Assembly (NCBI RefSeq): GCF_009674685.1
Contig: NZ_WKJI01000004.1
Location: 62,427-94,426 of the forward strand
DNA length: 32,000 bases
From: Pedobacter puniceum
GTDB lineage: Bacteria; Bacteroidota; Bacteroidia; Sphingobacteriales; Sphingobacteriaceae
Direction of reading: 5' to 3'
Below the pieces are notes generated by a model that was not told the origin of the DNA, did not search any database, and was given only the letters and a program-made list of their open reading frames with translations. Each line of letters opens with the position of its first letter. Position 1 is the first letter of the stretch. The position numbers and the translations under genes are program-made. Of this stretch, positions 26,976 through 32,000 are shown one piece after another.

Positions 26976-26988
26976 ACCTATCACAATT
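26951..26988. terminator. Perfect 38-bp palindrome / hairpin spanning the porP-like stop codon (putative bidirectional terminator)
   Basis: AATTGTGATAGGTCTAAAG|CTTTAGACCTATCACAATT has arms of 19+19 nt with no mismatch. It sits between the convergent porP-like and rpoN genes. There is no U-tract on either side. Confidence 0.5.
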
Positions 26989-26993
26989 AAATA

Positions 26994-28466
26994 TTAAAGT
27001 TCTTTTCTTAATCTAGCAACAGGTATACCCATTTGCTCTCTATATTTAGCTACCGTTCTTCTAGCAATGTTATAGCCTTTATCTTTTAAGATTTCAGTTA
27101 GTTTTTCATCAGCTAAAGGCTTTCTTTTATCTTCATTACCAATACACTCTTCCAAAATTTTCTTAACTTCTTTGTTAGAAACTTCTTCACCACTTTCGGT
27201 TTGTATAGCCTCAGAAAAGAATGATTTTAAAAGATAAGTACCAAACTCTGTTTGCACATATTTAGAATTGGCTACTCTAGAAACCGTAGAAATATCCATT
27301 CCTATTTTATCGGCAATGTCTTTTAAAATCATAGGTTTTAAATAACGTTCATCGCCATCAGAAAGAAAATATTCATATTGATAGTGCATAATCGCATTCA
27401 TGGTTTTAAGCAAGGTTTGTTGTCTTTGCTTAATTGCATCAATAAACCATTTTGCAGAGTCTAGTTTCTGTTTTACAAAATGAACAGCTTCTTTTAGTTT
27501 TTTATCTTTTTCTGCTGTTTTTTCATAATGCTGAAACATCTCTTGGTAAGATTTGCTCACTCTAAGTTCTGGGGCGTTTTTAGAATTTAAAGTAAGCGTT
27601 AAAACACCATCATTTTTGGTGATATGAAAATCCGGAATTACTTGCATTTGTTTCAAATTAGAAACTCCAGAATCTCCCGGTTTAGGGTTTAGTTTTAAAA
27701 TCTCATTGATAACTTCTTTTAATTCTTCGGAAGTTAAGCTTAAAGATTTTTCTAATCTATCGTAATGCTTTTTTGTAAATTCATCTAAATAATTTTCAAC
27801 AATGTTGATGGCAATTTGTATCGTTTTTAAAGAAGTGTCCTTTTTTCTGAGCTGTATGAGTAGACATTCTTGTAAATCTCTAGCACCAACACCTGGCGGA
27901 TCAAAGTTTTGAATAACCTTTAACATTTCCTCCGCTTCTTCATCTTCTGCTAGTACACTTTGAGAAAAAGCCAAGTCATCTATTAATGAAGGTATTGGCC
28001 TTCTTAAATAACCATTATCATCTAAACTTCCTATAATTTGCTGCGCAATCAAATATTCTTTATCTTCTAAAGGAATCAAATCTAATTGCGCTTGTAAATT
28101 CTCAAAAAAAGTATTGTTTATAGCTATAGGAAGCTCTTTTTTATCATCTTCATCATCGTTGCTGTCATACCTGCTCCCATATTCATTCAGATTGTCATCT
28201 TGAAGATAGTCATCAACATTAAACTCTGCTAAATCATCCCCAGAATCTTCACCTCTAAAATCATCATCAGGGTCTTTATCAGGATATTCCTCAATTGGAT
28301 CATTCATATCAGCTAAGCTAATATCCTCTAAAGCAGGGTTTTCTTCTAATTCTTCTTTAATTCTTGTATCTAAAGCAACGGTAGGCACTTGTAACAGCTT
28401 GATAAACTGTATTTGTTGAGGGGATAATTTTTGTAATAATTTTTGTTGAAGATTCTGTTTAAGCAT
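26994..28466 (-). CDS. rpoN: RNA polymerase sigma-54 factor
   Basis: 490 aa with a Q/L-rich N-terminal region I (LQQKLLQKLSPQQIQ) and an acidic region II. The C-terminus has an HTH and the RpoN box ARRTVAKYRE. Confidence 0.95.
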   Translation of the reverse strand: MLKQNLQQKLLQKLSPQQIQFIKLLQVPTVALDTRIKEELEENPALEDISLADMNDPIEEYPDKDPDDDFRGEDSGDDLAEFNVDDYLQDDNLNEYGSRYDSNDDEDDKKELPIAINNTFFENLQAQLDLIPLEDKEYLIAQQIIGSLDDNGYLRRPIPSLIDDLAFSQSVLAEDEEAEEMLKVIQNFDPPGVGARDLQECLLIQLRKKDTSLKTIQIAINIVENYLDEFTKKHYDRLEKSLSLTSEELKEVINEILKLNPKPGDSGVSNLKQMQVIPDFHITKNDGVLTLTLNSKNAPELRVSKSYQEMFQHYEKTAEKDKKLKEAVHFVKQKLDSAKWFIDAIKQRQQTLLKTMNAIMHYQYEYFLSDGDERYLKPMILKDIADKIGMDISTVSRVANSKYVQTEFGTYLLKSFFSEAIQTESGEEVSNKEVKKILEECIGNEDKRKPLADEKLTEILKDKGYNIARRTVAKYREQMGIPVARLRKEL

Positions 28467-28624
28467 AATAGTGTATCAGAAATAGCAAAGTTAAACAAAG
28501 CTGCTTAATATTAACAGCACTAGTTTAAGCATATTTTATGGATATTTTGTTCGATTAATTTCTGCAGTATTAAATTTTTTTATAATTTCATTTCTAATTA
28601 ATAACAAAACTAAAACCAAAATCT

Positions 28625-29014
28625 ATGGGAATAATTAAAGAATTTAAAGAGTTTGCCATTAAAGGTAATGTCATTGATTTAGCAGTGGGGGTTGTAATAG
28701 GTGCTGCCTTTGGTAAAATTGTAAGTTCGTTGGTGGATGATGTAATCACGCCAGCTATCTTAACTCCGGCATTAACAGCTGCAAATTTAACAGAGCTTAA
28801 TCAATTGGTAATACCAGGCACAGCTATTAAGTATGGTAACTTTTTATCAGAGGTTTTAGCTTTTATTATTGTTGCATTTGTTCTTTTTATCATCATTAAA
28901 GGGGTGAATAAGATTAACAAAAAGGATAAAGAAGCAGAGGCTATTGTTCCACCAGCACCAAGTAAGGAAGAAGTATTGCTTACAGAAATAAGAGATCTTT
29001 TAAAGGCTAAATAA
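28625..29014 (+). CDS. mscL: Large-conductance mechanosensitive channel
   Basis: 129 aa starting [37 protein letters not shown], the canonical MscL TM1 signature. Confidence 0.95.
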   Translation: MGIIKEFKEFAIKGNVIDLAVGVVIGAAFGKIVSSLVDDVITPAILTPALTAANLTELNQLVIPGTAIKYGNFLSEVLAFIIVAFVLFIIIKGVNKINKKDKEAEAIVPPAPSKEEVLLTEIRDLLKAK

Positions 29015-29073
29015 AGGCAAGAAACAGGATAGATATAATCAAAGCTTAAATTTTATTTATTTCTAATTTGGTT

Positions 29074-29103
29074 TTGATTTATAGAAAAACAAGTCTATAT
29101 TTG
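29074..29103 (+). promoter_or_regulatory. Candidate promoter of rpmH-rnpA-yidD-tsaB (-33 TTG / -7 TATATTTG)
   Basis: TTG (29074-29076), a 19-nt spacer, then TATATTTG (29096-29103), an exact TAnnTTTG match. The box ends 41 nt upstream of the rpmH ATG. Confidence 0.5.
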
Positions 29104-29144
29104 CACTCTTATTTTATAGAGCGAAATTATTATTATATATAATC

Positions 29145-29303
29145 ATGAAAAGAACATTCCAGCCTTCTCAAAGAAAAAGAAGAAACAAGCATGGTTTCAG
29201 AGAAAGAATGTCTACTGCAAACGGTAGAAGAGTATTAGCGTCTAGAAGAGCTAAAGGCAGAAAAAGATTAACAGTTTCTGACGAGCGTCGTCATAAAGCA
29301 TAA
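29145..29303 (+). CDS. rpmH: 50S ribosomal protein L34
   Basis: Absent from the ORF track because it is under 60 aa. ATG 29145 to TAA 29301-29303 reads [52 protein letters not shown]. This is the canonical L34 sequence, and it lies upstream of rnpA. Confidence 0.93.
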   Translation: MKRTFQPSQRKRRNKHGFRERMSTANGRRVLASRRAKGRKRLTVSDERRHKA

Positions 29304-29380
29304 TTTTAATTGCGTTCATTACCTTTTTAAGGTCAATGTATAATCCGATGTCTCTATATTTATAAATCGGGTTTAATGCA

Positions 29381-29767
29381 ATGAAAAATTTTCAATTTAC
29401 AAAAGAAGAACGATTGTGTAGCAAAAAGCTTTTAACAGAGCTTTTTAACAATGGTTCTTCTTTTTTATTTTATCCTTTTAGGATAACCTGGTTAATCAAT
29501 CCACAGCCTCAAAAATATCCCGCACAAATAGTTATCTCAGTTCCAAAAAAGAGATTTAAAAGAAGTGTTGATAGGAATCTACTCAAAAGAAGGATAAAAG
29601 AAGCTTACAGGTTGCAAAAGTCTAATACTTTTTATCCCTTCTTAGAAACTCAACAAAAGCAAATCTTAGTTGCGTTTAATTATGTTGGTAAAGAGATTTT
29701 AGATTATTCTTATCTGCATCAAAAGCTATCATTAGCATTAATAAACCTAGAAAAGCAAATTAAATAA
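29381..29767 (+). CDS. rnpA: Ribonuclease P protein component
   Basis: 128-aa basic protein with the FxKxERL N-terminus and a [18 protein letters not shown] (RNR-like) motif. The rpmH-rnpA synteny is conserved. Confidence 0.9.
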   Translation: MKNFQFTKEERLCSKKLLTELFNNGSSFLFYPFRITWLINPQPQKYPAQIVISVPKKRFKRSVDRNLLKRRIKEAYRLQKSNTFYPFLETQQKQILVAFNYVGKEILDYSYLHQKLSLALINLEKQIK

Positions 29768-29769
29768 TC

Positions 29770-30000
29770 ATGAGTTTTATCAAACAAATATTCTCATTTT
29801 TGTTTTTGTTGCTGATTAGGATATATCAATATCTATTGTCGCCTTTATTTGGAGCATCGTGTAGGTTTACTCCTACATGCTCTCAGTATGGTGTTGAGGC
29901 AATAAAGAAACATGGCCCCTTTAAAGGGATGTGGTTAACCTTAAATAGAATTAGAAAATGTCACCCTTGGGGTGGGCATGGACATGATCCGGTACCTTAA
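29770..30000 (+). CDS. yidD: Membrane protein insertion efficiency factor YidD
   Basis: 76 aa with YQ..LSP....[16 protein letters not shown]...G..L...RI.KCHPWGG.GHDPVP, the full YidD signature. Confidence 0.92.
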   Translation: MSFIKQIFSFLFLLLIRIYQYLLSPLFGASCRFTPTCSQYGVEAIKKHGPFKGMWLTLNRIRKCHPWGGHGHDPVP

Positions 30001-30004
30001 TTTT

Positions 30005-30694
30005 ATGGCACTTATCTTACATATAGAAACCGCAACTATTACTTGTTCTGTTGCATTGGCAGAAAATGGCGTTTTTATCGATAAAATAGAACGTACAGAG
30101 GCTAATATACATGCTTCATCTTTAACGGTTTTTATTGATGAACTTTTAAAAAAAAATCAAAGAGGTTTTAAAGATCTTGAAGCGGTTGCTGTGAGTATGG
30201 GGCCTGGTTCTTATACAGGTTTAAGGATAGGTGTTTCTACGGCTAAGGGCTTGTGTTTTGCTTTAGATATTCCTTTGATAGCTATAAATACCTTAACAGC
30301 TATGGCTAATGGTTTTATTAAAAAGTGCTATTCTGTAAATGGTAATACAGTTTTCTGTCCGATGATAGATGCCAGAAGAATGGAAGTTTATACCGCATTT
30401 TATAATAAGGAAGTAGAAGTATTAAAAGCTACAGAAGCTGTAATTGTAGATGAAAATTCTTTTAAAGCTATTTTAGATACTTACATTGTTTATTTTTTTG
30501 GCGATGGAGCACCTAAATGCGAAGAGGTTTTAGGTACACATATGAATACCAGGATAATGGATGATTTTACAAATTCTGCTGAGGATTTAATAGAGCCTGC
30601 TTTTGAGAAGTTTAAAGAAAGAACTTTTGAAGATGTAGCCTATTTTGAACCTTTTTATTTAAAAGATTATGTAGCCGGAAAGAAAAAAGCTTAA
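30005..30694 (+). CDS. tsaB: tRNA t6A37 threonylcarbamoyltransferase complex subunit TsaB
   Basis: The track ORF starts at 29972 and overlaps yidD. The Met at 30005 gives MALILHIETAT..CSVAL and GPGSYTGLRIGVSTAKGL, as in TsaB/YeaZ, for a 229-aa product. Confidence 0.88.
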   Translation: MALILHIETATITCSVALAENGVFIDKIERTEANIHASSLTVFIDELLKKNQRGFKDLEAVAVSMGPGSYTGLRIGVSTAKGLCFALDIPLIAINTLTAMANGFIKKCYSVNGNTVFCPMIDARRMEVYTAFYNKEVEVLKATEAVIVDENSFKAILDTYIVYFFGDGAPKCEEVLGTHMNTRIMDDFTNSAEDLIEPAFEKFKERTFEDVAYFEPFYLKDYVAGKKKA

Positions 30695-32000
30695 TTTCTT
30701 CTTTTATTAGCTTTTTTACTGTTTTTAGCTGCTTCCTTTCTAACGGCTTTTCTTTCTTTATTACTTAACCGATAAACAAAACCTGTTTCTGCATCATTTA
30801 GACCATCAATAAAATCTGCCATACCATCACTTTGTACTTTCCTACCAAACTTAATATTAAGTCCCATAAAAATATTCATTTGGGTTGGGCTTCTACCAAT
30901 ATTGCTATTTTTACTTATCAAACCTTTAGTAAAATAGTAGCTCGAAAGAAGTCTTTCAGAGCCTAAGTATAATTCTGTATTTACAGATTGTAACATTACC
31001 AAAGCACCAATTTGAAGGCCGTTTTGTTTTTCGTAAGTGGTGTTGATGGTGAAGTTAAAACTTCCTGTTTTAAAATTGTTAACCCAAGCTACTTGGGTAC
31101 TACGACCATCAAAATACTGTGTGGCTACAAAAACAGGTTTGTAAAAACCAAAGTTTCTTGATGCTGCAATTTGTAGATGCGCAGGTAAAAAGCTAGTAAA
31201 TTTTCCTAAACTGGCTTCACTGGCAATCATCCTGTTGAGGTTTGTTCTAATATTACCATTGGGTACGAGGGTATCTATTTTAGTGGGAGTTAAGGTATCA
31301 CTAAAAGTTGAACTCACAGCATTTTTATTCCATCTGATAAAACCTAAGTCTTTTAAATGTGCGGTTAGATAAATTTTGTTTTTAAATTTATAAGAGCTCC
31401 CTAGTGTTAAGGCTAGTCCTGGGTTTCTAAGATTAGGTAATAAATGGCTAATTTTTACTGAATCTGTTCCTAGGTTAGAACGGTAAGTTCCATTAAAATA
31501 AGCCTCGTAGCCTTTAGTTAAAGGCTTAATACTAGACTCTCGAATATCAATTTGATGATAAGTTGCGCCACTTAGAAAGCTTAATTTAGCACCAAAAGCA
31601 AGCTTTTCATTATAATCTTCTCTATAAGTAAGTCCAAATTGCCAAAAAGATTGGTTAAGTGCTGTACTGTTAAAGACATCAGCATAAGGGCTGTTAAAAT
31701 TTTTATAACTATCTAAAAAGGCAAAAGTAGAATTAGGTATTTGTGCATCGCCAATATTTCTAAATTGTATTGATGCACCAATTTCTCGTTGATAATCTAT
31801 ACTTCTAAATAATTTAAACATAGCCAGATAGTAATTTAAATTGCCTGATAGTTGGTTTAAATTATTTCTTCCTAATAATGGAGCGCCTTTTATTGTATCT
31901 CTATTAAAAATAAAGGCTTTTAAGCTAGGTTCTATATCGCCTTTCATGCGCAATTGAGTACTAAAAGAAGAAAATAAAAAACTTACTGCGTATTTATTGC
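30691..32000 (-). CDS. Putative outer-membrane beta-barrel-like protein, unknown function (N-terminus outside window)
   Basis: The frame stays open upstream of the track's TTG at 31953 to the window edge (…NKYAVSFLFSSFSTQLRMKGD…). It has alternating aromatic/polar beta-strand-like segments and a K/R-rich C-terminal tail (KERKAVRKEAAKNSKKANKRRN). I cannot confidently recall a family. Confidence 0.6.
   Translation of the reverse strand, partial: NKYAVSFLFSSFSTQLRMKGDIEPSLKAFIFNRDTIKGAPLLGRNNLNQLSGNLNYYLAMFKLFRSIDYQREIGASIQFRNIGDAQIPNSTFAFLDSYKNFNSPYADVFNSTALNQSFWQFGLTYREDYNEKLAFGAKLSFLSGATYHQIDIRESSIKPLTKGYEAYFNGTYRSNLGTDSVKISHLLPNLRNPGLALTLGSSYKFKNKIYLTAHLKDLGFIRWNKNAVSSTFSDTLTPTKIDTLVPNGNIRTNLNRMIASEASLGKFTSFLPAHLQIAASRNFGFYKPVFVATQYFDGRSTQVAWVNNFKTGSFNFTINTTYEKQNGLQIGALVMLQSVNTELYLGSERLLSSYYFTKGLISKNSNIGRSPTQMNIFMGLNIKFGRKVQSDGMADFIDGLNDAETGFVYRLSNKERKAVRKEAAKNSKKANKRRN

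Noticed and set aside
29972-30004. Upstream start of tsaB at 29972 overlapping yidD by 29 nt
   Set aside because: The extension [11 protein letters not shown] is not part of the TsaB fold. The Met at 30005 begins the conserved (I)L.IETA N-terminus and removes the overlap.
1-32000. Search for mobile elements, prophage or defence islands
   Set aside because: No transposase, integrase, phage structural, restriction-modification, toxin-antitoxin or nuclease/helicase defence-type proteins appear in any of the six frames. Gene content and strand organisation look like core chromosome.

Overview
AT-rich (about mid-30s % GC by eye) chromosomal segment with Bacteroidota hallmarks, possibly Sphingobacteriia/Cytophagia-like. 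Those hallmarks are a T9SS type-B cargo plus PorP/SprF pair, TAnnTTTG -7 promoter boxes, a C-terminally extended L34, and a surE-lpxB neighbourhood. I support 27 protein genes with a visible stop, one interrupted mini-gene, one tRNA-Ala(GGC), and several hairpin terminators and promoter boxes. Content is mainly housekeeping: acs, ClC channel, surE, lpxB, OYE reductase, TatD, TcdA, parE-cdd-parC, rpoN, mscL, and rpmH-rnpA-yidD-tsaB. There is also a surface/envelope block: a CHASE3-like hybrid histidine kinase, two GT2 glycosyltransferases, and a 1164-aa PKD adhesin with its PorP/SprF partner. I see no CRISPR array, transposase, integrase, or recognisable defence or toxin-antitoxin system, and cannot point to a clear novel multi-gene system. 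The only accessory-looking patch is about 7.8-9.3 kb. It holds tiny genes, one with an in-frame TGA, an 11-bp tandem repeat array, and the tRNA. Other items worth a second look: a beta-clamp-like QLGLF motif at the extreme C-terminus of ParC after an acidic tail; cdd translationally coupled inside parE-parC; a perfect 38-bp palindrome over the porP/sprF-like stop codon; and complete absence of TGA stops in the window. All family assignments come from reading motifs in the supplied translations. No database search was run.
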